Shown here piece after piece: positions 11,601-23,330 of a stretch of DNA of 64,000 nucleotides. The notes below the pieces were generated by a model. It was not told the DNA's origin, ran no database searches, and was given only the letters and a program-made list of their open reading frames with translations. The stretch covers positions 1,612,001-1,676,000 of the forward strand of contig CM035350.1 of the NCBI GenBank assembly GCA_020137815.1, written 5' to 3'. The stretch's first letter is position 1. The number at the start of each line of letters is the position of its first letter. The position numbers and the translations under genes were made by a program. Source of the stretch: Hormiphora californensis. Taxonomy: Eukaryota > Animalia > Ctenophora.

Positions 11601-14600
11601 GGAAGGTCCTAGCTTCTTTAACATGTCTCCTGGCTGTTTACAATGAAATGTCTGCAAGGTAAGCTTTCTTAAGGTGTGAGTGGACAGAATCAGAATTGGA
11701 GAAGTTTGTTGTAGGTAGTAGAGATTAGTTCTCTGAGAATTTTGCCTTTTTGCCGCTCAAAATCAACCCATCCATTACTGGGATACTTTTGTTACTCGTG
11801 GGCAATTCCTGTTGGATCAATATTTATGAAACAGGATAGAAACAATCCTTGTGTTTCACTAACACATTCTATTAATTTTTTCCCTGCCCGGGTGAATGCC
11901 GAAGGTATTCACCAGGATGCCTTTTTACTTTGTAAAAAGGCATAGCAGGGTTAGAATTCGAAAACGACATTTTGGTATACTAACTAATCGGTAGAGGGAC
12001 ATTTTTTCCCTGCCCGGGTGAATGCCGAAGGCATTCACCCGGATGCCTTTTTACTTTGTAAAAAGGCATAGCAGGGTTAGAATTCGAAAACGACATTTTG
12101 GTATACTAACTAATCGGTAGAGGGACATTTTTTGGTCACACTTTCGTTGCGAGGGCAACGGTGTAGCAACTAGAGCCGCGCACACAGTGACGAGCTACTC
12201 CTTCATCAAACACCTCATTGACACAGTTTGATGGACGTGTGTGCGCGCGCCACTCAACAAAACATGAAATGCTCTGCCGCGCGTTTCGCGTGTTACATAC
12301 ACATTTTCATCTTGTGAGTCGAGTGTGAGATGTTAGATAAGTAGTTAAGTTGGAATGTCAAAAGCTGGTTAGCAAGTGTCATGTGATTGGGAGTTAGCTA
12401 ACTCTAAGCTATGTGAGAAGTATACTGACAGCTAGATCGTATGCATCTCACATTACATTATGAATATGACCAAGCCTTGATCCTGTTGGCAATGGCAGTG
12501 ACAATGTCACTGACATGTGAAACGGTAGGGCAGGGAAACACAGCATTATGAATACATAATGCAATAATTCTTGTTTGGTCACACTTTCGTTGCGAGGGCA
12601 ACGGTGTAGCAACTAGAGCCGCGCGCACAGTGACGAGCTACTCCTTCATCAAACACCTCATTGACACAGTTTGATGGACGTGTGTGCGTGCGCCACTCAA
12701 CAAAACATGAAATGCTCTGCCGCGTGTTTCGCGTGTTACATACACATTTTCATCTTGCGAGTCGAGTGTGAGATGTTAGATAAGTAGTTAAGTTGGAATG
12801 TCAAAAGCTGGTTAGCAAGTGTCATGTGATTGGGAGTTAGCTAACTCTAAGCTATGTGAGAAGTATACTGACAGCTAGATCGTATGCATCTCACATTACA
12901 TTATGACCAAGCCTTGATCCTGTTGGCAGTGACAATGTCACTGACATGTGAAACAATAGGGCAGGGAAACACAGCATTATGAATACATAATGCAATAATT
13001 CTTGTTAATATGCTGACTTGCATTGCTCTGCTTCTGTACATGGACAGGACTCAGAGAACAAATCTCTACTACCTACAACAAACTTGTACAATCCTGGTTC
13101 TGTCCACTTTAACTTTAAACATCAAGTCAACAACATATGATATTTCCAAGTAATTTTCTGATTCGATTCTCCCCTCCCCAGGTTCGGGATCCCTATTGCA
13201 ATGATTGGGGGAATGTTGAAGAAGAATTGTACTGTTGGCGAGGAACTGTGCTGGAGTGAACAGACGAAAGCAAACGTTCTCGGTGCATATTTCTACGGCT
13301 ACACGGCCATGTTTTTCTCTGTCTCCATCGTGAAGAGGTTCAATGTCTTTCTCTCTGGTTACAGAGTATGGCTGGTTTTGTGTATAGCAACCCAATTCTC
13401 CTACCCCATTCTGGCCCAATACTCTACAATATGGCTCATAGTTGCCCAGGCTGCCCGGGGTTTCTTAACTGGGATCATGATTTGCTATAACATGGAGTTC
13501 ATCAACAACTGGATACCGGATAGATTTAGAGGTTCATTTATATCAGCCATTGGTTTCATAACGTACTTGGGGAACGGTACTTCTGGACTTTTTGCATCCA
13601 CTTTTACTGATAACTTTGGCTGGCAATACTATTTTTATTTCTGTGGGACTCTGTTCACTCTAGTCCTGCTTCTAAATGTTTTGTTCGTAGCTAGAACACC
13701 GGAGGAAAGCTTCCTAATGAAAGTATTCAATCCAAATCAGGAATCGGTCCTCAAAGCGGAACCAAAGCAGCAAACAACCTCCTCAATTCGTGACATACTA
13801 AGTCGGTGGTATGTCTGGATGTTTTGCGTGTACGGGATCAGCTATAACCTCGCTTACTATCACATACTTAGTACTTCACCATTTTATCTCAACGAAGTTT
13901 TGAAAGTGGACACCCAGACAATCTCGTTAATTACACTTTCTCTCTGCATTACTACTGCATTTGGTACTCTGTTCTTTTCCTGGCTCTTTCAAAAGCTGGA
14001 CAACTACATCTCCTGGCTTACCTGCAGGCTTACATTCTGCATAGTTCCAATGATTATACAAATCGTGATTTTCCTTGCCTTCCCACATATTGAAACTGTT
14101 GAGGGTGCCACGATATTACTGTTCATTGCTACATTTTCAGCCTCACAGTATTTCAGCGGGTCTGTTGTTACTGCCAGTATGGAAATCGATCCTGCCAATG
14201 CGGCAGTTGTAATGTCAATATTCAATGGAGCAGCTCAAATCGCTGGGTTTTTAGGCCCAACTTTAATGGCAGTTTTTACCGACACTGAAGACAAGAAAGC
14301 AGGATGGGACAAGTTTTTTTATGCCATGGCGGGCTCTGCAGCACTTGGAATTGTCAGCATTGTGTTTGCAGTTTGGGTGAAGCCTTCTGAATGGAAAAAC
14401 AGGAGCAAATCAGGGGAGCCTTATCGAGTTAGAAAAGGAATTCTAAACAATGGTTGAAGCCTGTTATTTAAATGCTAAGTGTATATTTTATTCTTTTAGC
14501 CTTGAAGCGACGCTTATTTGTTTACCAAAATCATTATCACCGAAAATCACAAAAAATAACTGACATGGCGTCCCTCTATCTCGACTTGTAACAGGATATT

Positions 14601-17382
14601 ATCTTACCACCAGGTGGCTTCTCAATTGCAACAGCCGTATTAAAATAAGAGTGAAGCTGTAAGCTTCTATTTCTTTAAAGTAGCGTTGAAAAGTGCTTTA
14701 AACAATCTAGTAGAACTGGGGCGATCGTACTGATCGCAAATCGAGGGATCTGTCTCTTTATTTTTTGCATCTCTTTTCCCTCACCTATTATTTGTTTACT
14801 CAATAACCTATTATATGTAAAACCGGATGAAAGTATCTCTATCTCCCTTTCCATCTCTCACAATTTAGATATTATAATTAGATTGCATTAGATGATGACG
14901 ACGGTCGATGTCCGACAACACTGTTGAGTAATTTATTCCCTGCAATGTTTGATCGTCTTAGTTTGTCCATTAGTGGTTCAACTTTACCGAGGGGTCGAAG
15001 GGCCTTCAAAGCGAATTAAATTTTACAAAACGAGTTTCTTCGACATGAGAAAGATCACGTGTTTGCAGTAAATTAGTTTGGTTAGGCATTTACTGTCCGC
15101 AGTATGTGCACCTGAGCATAGCATTATTTTTCAAGGCTTTTTTCTTCGACGAATACCCGCAGTCTTCTATACCGCGATAAGACACACGCACATTATTTTC
15201 TGATTTATGCTTCACATACCGGAATGGATCATTTTACACAAAGATAAGCTAGTCCATATTATAATATTCACCTTCTATGATTTAGATAACGTTTCTGTAT
15301 TTAGCTGTGTTCCAGCTTGTTCTTACCGTGCCACTCTTCTTTTGCTCCTACATCTGCAATGAATCTGCAAACTGTAAGCAAGGTGCTTGCTGGAGTCACA
15401 GTAATCTTTGTTACTTATGCAGAGCTGTCAGCAAGGTAAGAGGCAACTGTAGGGCAAGGTTTATGTGCATTATGCTTTCTTTCATTGTTGAGTTATGATT
15501 ACTCAACAACTTTATCCCAGGTTCGGTATTCCCATTGTTATGATAGGAGGAATGCTGAAGCCGAAGGAGACTTGTACTGTTGGCGAGGATTTGTGCTGGA
15601 GCGAGGGAACAAAAGCATACGTTCTTGGTTCTTATTTCTATGGTTACTGTGCACAGTCAATTGCTGTATCACTGGCTAAAAAGTACAACTGTTTCCTGCC
15701 CGGGTATAGGTTTTTCATTGTCCTGGCGATTATAGCCCAGTTCCTGTACCCCATGTTGGCAGAGAAGGCAGTGACCGTTTTGATCATAGTCCAGGCTATC
15801 CGGGGAGTGTTTGGAGGTCTCATGGCGGCGTACAATATAGAGTTCCTGAACAACTGGTTGACTGTAAAGGAGAGGAAATACTTCCTGTCATGTGTTGGAA
15901 TGTCAATTCACATTGGAAATGGCACGGGTGGACTTCTGGCGTCTTTCTTCCTTGACTTTCTTAACTGGAAATGGTACTTCTACTTTGGTGGAGTTCTGTT
16001 AAGTATTGGGCTCATTATGAACATTCTGTTCGTCTCTAGAAACCCTGAAAAGTCTATATTTGCTAAGACATTCATAGCAAAGGAACCAGAAGAGGACCAA
16101 ACTGCTAAAGAAAAAGACGTAGAGATGGAAATCGAGGAGGAGAAGGTGGAGAAAAAAGAGCCTGTAGCAGACAAGAAAGATGATAAATTTCGACTTCGAG
16201 ATGTTCTAAAGAGGGTCTATGTTTGGTCGTTTGTCGCATACATGTTGACCTACTTCACGGTATATTACAGTGCCTTTAGTGTCACACCATTCTTTATGAA
16301 GGAGGTTCTGAATGTGGATGCTGCCCCCATATCCTATCTCGGTACCACAGTCTCATTCGTGCTAGCAGTCTCTACCATTGCTTACTCCTGGGTGTTCCAG
16401 AAGCTGGACAAGTACATCTCTTGGCTGACCTGCAGACTCACCTTCATGATAGTGCCCATGATCATTCAGATCGTATTGTTTGTGGCTTTCCCTAAGATCG
16501 AAACGTTCCAGGGTGCCTCCTTCCTGATCATAGTGAGTGCCCTCGCTTCAGCCTCACTCTTTAGTGGATCCGTGATGACAGCTAACGTGGAAATGGATCC
16601 GGTAAACTCGGCGTTCATCTACTCAGTGTGTACCGGTTTGGGCCAGTCTGCAGGGTTTATTGGACCTGGTCTGATGGCAGCACTAACTGATACAGAGGAC
16701 AAGAGGGTCGGATGGACAAGGTTCTACTACACAATTGTGGGATTCGCTGCAGTCTCGATAGTAAGCATAGTGGTGAGCGTGTGGCTGAAGCCGACCGAGT
16801 GGAAGAACAGAGCTAAGTCTGGGGAGAAGTTTGAATCTTAGCCATTTAATCTGAACCTAGATGATATTTTATTTACCAATCCAGTTATTATGTATTTTAG
16901 CAGAAATTCTATACTTATCCAGAAACTTATGCGTTTAAAATAGTTTGATTGTAAAAGTAAAGGTAAAAGGTTTACCTACCTAAGTTAGTTAGACGACGGT
17001 ATAATCTCTTGGCGACGTAGTTGAACTTGCAGTAGGAGGAGTCACCTAAACCCAAAACAGCCACCTTCAAATTTGAAAAGGTATCTCTTTTTAGAGATCG
17101 TGATAAGAGGGATCTCCAGAAAGATTTCATATTCTTAGGTTCCTCCCCGTCACCAGTTGTGGAACACACCAACACAGCCACTCCTACCTGAAACAACACG
17201 ACGTGTTCAAGGTTTTGTCACAACTCATTTGAAGGGTCACCTACATTCTGCAAGTCGGCTATTGAAACATCATTGAGGGGGTGTATTGTTGATTGCACGT
17301 CTCGGTAAATACATTCCCGAGAAATGTATTCTGCAGTGGCTTGTGCTGTCCCAGTTTCCGAGCCGTATCCTATCAATATCAT
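5651..17382 (-). CDS. NDOR1: NADPH-dependent diflavin oxidoreductase 1. Exons 17382-17245, 17187-16980, 7721-7367, 7230-7011, 6853-6645, 6493-6358, 6232-5962, 5793-5651
   Basis: IGYGSETGTAQ flavodoxin loop, CSTTGDGEEPKNM, LGLGDSSYCKFN, DDQHPEG, IKPRGFSIAS, GLCSTWL, MVGPGTGIAPFRS, FSRDQKDKVYVQ, C-terminal QNETW*. Confidence 0.95.
8144..9607 (+). CDS. SLC17/sialin-like MFS anion transporter, copy 1 (exons 8144-8223, 8305-9607)
   Basis: WSEQTKANVLGAYFYGY (SLC17-type), WEYYFYF, about 11-12 hydrophobic segments, AGFLGP...W..FFY; 80-nt first exon ending AG|GTAAG. Confidence 0.8.
9817..11383 (+). CDS. SLC17/sialin-like transporter, copy 2 (exons 9817-9896, 10098-11383; +1 frameshift at ~10282, probably an assembly artefact)
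   Basis: Paralog of copies 1 and 3. TAC AGG A GTA TGG versus TAC AGA GTA TGG in copy 3. Confidence 0.78.
11579..14457 (+). CDS. SLC17/sialin-like transporter, copy 3 (exons 11579-11658, 13182-14457)
   Basis: Intact paralog; its intron is enlarged by an inserted element. Confidence 0.8.
11876..13006. mobile_element. Non-autonomous element with asymmetric sub-terminal inverted repeats and hairpins (Helentron/HINE-like), internally duplicated (126 bp x2, then ~443 bp x2)
   Basis: 5' TTTCCCTGCCC versus near-3' GGGCAGGGAAA, followed by hairpin GCATTATG-AATA-CATAATGC; T-rich ends. Confidence 0.6.
15359..16841 (+). CDS. SLC17/sialin-like transporter, copy 4, more divergent (exons 15359-15435, 15521-16841)
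   Basis: WSEGTKAYVLGSYFYGY; same intron position and phase as copies 1-3; longer acidic central loop. Confidence 0.8.
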
Positions 17383-17561
17383 ACCGCTAAAACAGGGAAA
17401 ACTAATAAAGCGAGGGAGCTATTATAAACAAATGGGTCAAACGAAACAGTATTTTAAAAGATTCAAACGATATAAATAACATCATCCAATAAACAACAAA
17501 ATTTCTGAGAGTCTCGCATCTTTGATACCCACATTTCCCAACATTGTCCTGAATCTCCCTC

Positions 17562-18341
17562 CTACAAACTCTCTAACAGTTTCAGGGCATTCTTAGCTTC
17601 CTGGGCAACATCTGGGTGTGGACCTGAAGTGAGGCACCGCACCCGCTCAACTGTTTTAACCAACATCATGTACAGACTCTCCAGATTTAAACTCTGTGCA
17701 CTTGAGAAATGCTGCCTGCTCACCTCACTAAGCTGGTCATGGAACCTCTCAATTAGGGACTGTACCTGAAGAGAGATATAGAAATTAGTTAGGCACTTTT
17801 TACTTCGATCTGTGATCATGACATTCTGTCTCGCATTTTCTGTCTTTCAGGACAGTGGCATCGCGCTGACAGTTCATTCTCACCATAACTAGAGCCACGT
17901 GGTTGTGTTCGTCTCGTGAACTGTGGAGAAACCTGAGAACTAGGGGCATGAACTCCTGGCAGGCACCCATACTGACCGGCTGACTGGACTTCTCTCCCTT
18001 TCGAACACGACCTGAACAGGTTTGTGTATTAGTTGAGGGAAACTAATTCGACACTGGAAATTATACTGCATGTGGTACTAACCCCAGTCCCCGCTGGGGA
18101 GAGTGGGACTGGCGCAACATCTTGGAAGAGTGGGTCTGCACAACTGCTCACCTATAATCCAGGGGAAGACATCATATGTGAGAGCATCACAATTAACTCT
18201 TATTACATGATCCATAAACTGGTTCATGTCCTTGTGCCAGAGAGTCCGGGCTGCTTTCAGTTGGATCAACCTCCTGCTCAGCTGACTTGCCACGTCTGTG
18301 TGTCCCACGAGAATCTTTGTAGGGAGCTCATTGTAGTTCAT
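17562..18341 (-). CDS. Katanin p80 C-terminal (con80) domain protein, KATNBL1-like. Exons 18341-18152, 18011-17884, 17765-17562
   Basis: GHTDVASQLSRRLIQLKAARTLW...DVFPWI...VSMGACQEFMPLVLRFLHS...VQSLIERF aligns by eye with the KATNBL1/KATNB1 C-terminal domain. The second donor (GTGGAG) is weak. Confidence 0.7.
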
Positions 18342-18508
18342 CCTACTTGTTCTGGGCACAGAGAGATGATATATTATATAGAGAGAGAGGGAGGGAGGGC
18401 AGCTAGAGGGAGGGTAGCTAGAGGGAGGGAGAGGGGGAGTGAAAGACGATGAAGTTGTCAAATTGAAAATTGTAACACTTGTTAGTTTTATTCATAAAGC
18501 GGGATATA

Positions 18509-21500
18509 TTATAAATATTTGCTAGCAGAATCAATAAGTCCAGATTTCCTCCGGTAGGTCATGTCTGAGCAAACTCGACACTTATTATCCATATCATTCA
18601 GACAGGTCTTACAATACACCGTCTGGCACCAATCACACCTAGTGGAGGAAAGTGTTTTACAAAATCACACCTAGTATAGGAGATAGTTCAGTATTCTGAT
18701 GCATGCTAGACAGTGTTTTACACAAGCATCACATCTCATGCACCATATTGAAATGTATCCTAAATCTACATATCAATTCATTATACAGTCGGACCCCGAT
18801 TTATGGGCCCCCGATTTAGTGGCACCCCGATTTAGGGACAAGATTTTTTTCCCTGATATAGGAAATTAACCTTATTTGACCCCGATTTAGTGGACACCCC
18901 GATTTAGTGGACAAGAGCCTTTCCCCCGAGGGTGTCCCTAAATCGGGGTCCGACTGTACTCACTTTTGTATATTCTCCCTGCCTGAGCAAAGGACACACT
19001 GGGGTTTGTAGAGCCAAGGGAACATGCGGCACAACTTGTTCCTCTCTGATACCCTGGTAAAGACTTCCTCAGCAGCATGCTTCAGTTTGTAGGTCCGGGC
19101 CTTCCTGATCTTATTGTGCAGATATTCAGCCCTCTTTTTCCTTCTTACGGGGTAGAAACTAAAGAGGGGGGGGGGGTTCATGTGGTTAATTTATCATTCT
19201 ATAGTATCATGATAATTCATTGTTGTTATTCATCTTAATTCCCCCTTTAATTACCTGTCACAGACAGCGTGCCTGAACCGTAGAAAGAACACTTGTGTCA
19301 CAGAGAGGATCAGTAGCCCAGATGTCAGAGCGAGATGGTAGGCGGTAACTGACAGCTCTGATACAACAGGCTTGTGGAAACATGATGTTGTATCAAGAGT
19401 TAGATGAACTGTAGACAAGTCCTCTGGTAACATGCTCTCTCCATTTTCATCCTCCTCTAACAAAACACGTTGTTGGTTACTGGTTAGTATAGTTACTGGT
19501 TACTATAGTTACTATTTACTGGTTACTAATTAATGACTAGTGGTTACTGGTTACTATAGTTACTAGTAACTGGTTACTAGTTAGAAGTTACTGGTCAAAT
19601 GAATCAGTAGTCACTAACCTGATAGTTGTATGGAATGAACTACCGTTAGGGGACCGTATTTGTAGAGAATGGTACACACCAATACCAGTATCCGATCACA
19701 CCCCTCCACCACCACTACTGCCACACAATATACCAGAGCCTTCAATGAACTCCTTGTTACCATATACCTGGGATTAGAGAGATGATGAAGGTGTGGATTA
19801 GAGAGTTGAAGACAGAAGGATCTCTATTATAATTTGGAGATGAACGTCGTGATGGCCGTTCGTTAGGCGGTATCTAAGCGACAGACTGCTCCTTTATAAA
19901 ACACTTTATGTGCCCAAAGCTGTAAAGCTGTTGCTCACACTTTTGGAACTTCCAGTAGAAGTTAATTTATATTTTCGAATGACTTTTAACATGCCAGTCA
20001 CCATAGTTACCAATTCAGTTGCCATGGCAACCGTGTTATTGACGTTGAAAGTGGTGAAATGAGCCACACGGCGAAGCCGGGTGGGTTATCAAAAGGCCTT
20101 TACTTGAGGCGCACCCAATGGGTGCGCTAGTCTCTATTATAATTTGGAGATGTCGCGTGATGGTCGTTCGTTCAGCGGTATCCAAGCGACAGTCTGCTCC
20201 TTCATAAAACACTTCAATGTGCCCAAAGCTGTAAAGCTGTTATTCACACTTTCTGAAGTTCCAGTGGAGGTTTATTAATATTTCGAATGACTTTCAACAA
20301 GCCAGTCCCCATAGTTACCAATTCAGTTGCCATGGCAACCGTGTTATTGATGTGGAAAGGGGCGAAATGAACCACCCGGCGAAGCCGGGTGGGTTATCAA
20401 AAAGCCCTTACTTGAGGCTAGTCTCTATTATAATTTGGAGATGAACGACGTGGTGGTCGTTCGTTCAGCGGTATCTAAGCGACAGTGCTCCTTCATAAAA
20501 TAATTTATGTGACCAAAGCTGTAAAGCTGTTATTCGCACTTTTGTAACTTCCAGTGGAAGTTTATTAGTATTTTCGAATGACTTTTAATATGACAGTCCC
20601 CATAGTTACCACTTCAGTTGCCATGGCAACCGTGTTATTGACGGTGAAAGGGGCGAAAAGAACCACCCGGCGAAGCTGGGTGGGTTATCAAAAAGCCCTT
20701 ACTTGAGGCGCACCCAATGGGTGCGCTAGTTTAAATAAACAACACAGTGAAACAGAAAACTAAAACTTTAAGACAGAGTGAGAGAGAAAAAGAAAGATTT
20801 ACCTCTCAGCAGCTGTCATGCCTGCCTGGGATATCCTCACACACTTCCCCCTTTCCTTGTTATTTAGAGGGAAGATACTCTTATCAGCATGGGTGTTATA
20901 CTTCTCCAGCGCCCTATCCAGATACAGGTTATCAAATGTGGTATCAGTCAGGTACTTGGAGAGGTACTTGTACGCACTAACATAAACCATCAACATGGTA
21001 ATTAGTTTGAGGTAATCACCCATCGCGACCCAGTCTAATGATTCCAGGTCTATCCTGTCTACCACCCTCTTCTTGAACTCTTCCATTGCCTCTTTAGCAC
21101 TCCTCACCTCCACCACATCCTTCTCAAATACCACACTACTGTTCACCTCTAGTCTGAGGTTGTTCTGGAAGGTCAGCTGGAGGTACTCGTATTTCTGGAG
21201 GATGATTCCGGCTATAAAGTGAGTCAGCAACTTGGGCACACTACACATAAAGTTGATAGAATTGAAGATGATGCTGCAGATGGGTCGTGCAATGAAACCA
21301 ACCACCTTCTTTAGGAAACACACGACATCGTTCCAGAATCGTTTCTGTCTGACGTGGTACACTTTCCCACCGTGTAGTGTAGATACCGGGTGGTGTGCAA
21401 GGAACTGGGACTTGTTATGGTATACATTGGTTTCCAATGGGGGTGTGCTGAGTGTCTCACTCAGGTTTGAAGTAAGGTGAGGTAGTTCATCTATAACAGG

Positions 21501-22877
21501 TGACACAGTTGTTAGGAAATATTCGGTCTGATTATAATACGTGATACCCGCCACATCTCTCTTATTGTCCTTCTTGCATCCGTCATCAAAGAGGTCCTTG
21601 CACTTGGTGTTCAGTTTGCCCATGGTTTCGTGGCACTTATCCTCGAATGTGTTCACCTTATTAATCACACTCTGTAGGAAACTGTATTTCTCCCTAACTT
21701 GCTCTCCCACTCTATCAATCTTCCCCTGTATGGCAGCCATCCTCTTCTTTGTAGTGTTTTGTAGACCCTCAATCCTATTGTGGAGAGCATCGTACCGGGC
21801 CTTCATCAGATCTGTTACTGTGTCGCTGTTATTCTTCGCTTTCTCGCTAATGCAGTTCATCTCACGTGAAACTAACTCTGAACAGGGATGGGGTGGGATG
21901 GGATTAACAGGGATGGGGTGGTAATGAACTGACGGGGCTGAGAGTCTCAGAAAAGAAAAGTACAATTCTACTTACTGTACTGTAATTGTTTTGACAACTT
22001 ACCTGTGTTAAGCTTTATGTTATGGATGGGTCCAAGGCAGACAGACGCGACCAGAAGGACCAATATGACCCTTCGACCATGACGTGATGCTAGGGTAGGT
22101 AACACCAACAAACAGAAGCAATGGTATCGAGGTGACTTAGCACTTAAAACCACTGAAAAAAAGGAAGTTTGAAGTCGTTCCAAAGTGTTTTGTATGTGAA
22201 AGTGGTCAAGGTGTAGTACCAGCGAATAAGGTGTAGATTCCACAGCTGAATGTTATGTGAGAGTTGTATTTCGGTGGAAGGGGTAGGAGCAGTCGAATGA
22301 AATATGCCTGGGTGATTTGTAATGGTGAGTGTAATTGGTGCCCTAGTAACACATAATGAAGGTACCTGAAGTATTGTTGAACTGATATTCAATAGATGGT
22401 AATGTAGCTTGTATCTTACGACCACTCGAAAAGGTCTGGTTTGACGGAGTTTATCAAGAAGTGGTGTCTGCCAAATCCATCCGAAACAAAACTGCAGGAA
22501 AGTCATACGAGTAATTAATTCAGGGAAGCTATGCCATGGTCATGTATGTATCGCTGAAATTAGCTATATAATTACACCAAGAATTCACTTACTAGAAATA
22601 ACAATGTCTGCAGTACACCACTAAGGAATTGGTCGAACATCCGTTTCAGGAACTTAGTGAGATCGTAGATCTTTATGGCGAGGTAAAGGGGCGTGATAAT
22701 GTAGGCTATCAAACGGATATACCATTTCTCCAGGATATTATCATCCTCAACCACCTTCCCAGATTGAACTTTCTAAGGGATATATCGGTCTGATGAATAT
22801 AATGAAGTTGTTGGAAACTAAAACCTGCTTACCTGAATCAAGAGGGAACATTCCGAGTTTTCCTTTTTCATCCTCAT
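18509..22877 (-). CDS. DC-STAMP-domain protein with C-terminal Cys-rich RING-like finger (DCST1/DCST2/sneaky/SPE-42 family), about 9 exons
   Basis: CFCLLVLPTLASRHGRRVIL...GPIHNIKLN...EMNC; YLSKYLTDTTFDNLYL; FYPVRRKKRAEYLHNKI; CVLC..CDWC..VYCKTC..CRVC. Stop at 18509-18511; the 5' exons are less certain. Confidence 0.85.
18786..18956. mobile_element. Tc1/mariner-pogo-type MITE with TA TSD
   Basis: TA|CAGTCGGACCCCGATTT...AAATCGGGGTCCGACTG|TA; internal CCCCGATTTAG repeats. Confidence 0.9.
19821..20729 (+). mobile_element. Three tandem ~300-bp non-autonomous Helitron units (19821-20130, 20131-20421, 20422-20729)
   Basis: A|TC 5' end, GCGCACCC-AAT-GGGTGCGC hairpin plus CTAG|T 3' end, CTAG/TC head-to-tail junctions. 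Confidence 0.85.
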
Positions 22878-22952
22878 TCAATTGCCCCGTACATTGAACA
22901 ACTTGCTACTGAAGTAATTAACTTCAACTCAAATCAGCAAGGTAGACAACGA

Positions 22953-23330
22953 TTTGATAAACTTGATAAACTTGATAAATAAACTTCATTACAGAATCGT
23001 AAACGGTGTCAGTCTTTTCAGCATCCCCCTTTAGCTCGAACCTCCAAAACCCAGTCCATGATAGAATTGTTGTTCCGGGTAGAATTAACCCTTCACAGGT
23101 GGATTGTCAGGGAAGTGGTCCAGCCAACGGCCCAGCAGGATCTTGAACGTATCTAAGGTCGCTGCTGTGTTAACCTCTATCGGATGGTGGAAGAATTAAG
23201 TTAAAAAGGCTTCAGGAGCCGTAGGGCGTAGATATAGCGGCCGCAAAGTTTTGTCGTGATGACGAGCCTTAAGCCTTCCCTCGAGGCCTCTCGTTAATGC
23301 AGAGGTGCATGAGTGGACTGCAGCGCATGC
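22953..23330 (-). mobile_element. Decayed 3' fragment of a CR1/L2-like LINE
   Basis: Broken frames give TLDTFKILLGRWLDHFPDNPPVKG...NNSIMDW, a typical RT ORF end, followed by a tandem (AAGTTTATC)n tail. Confidence 0.6.
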
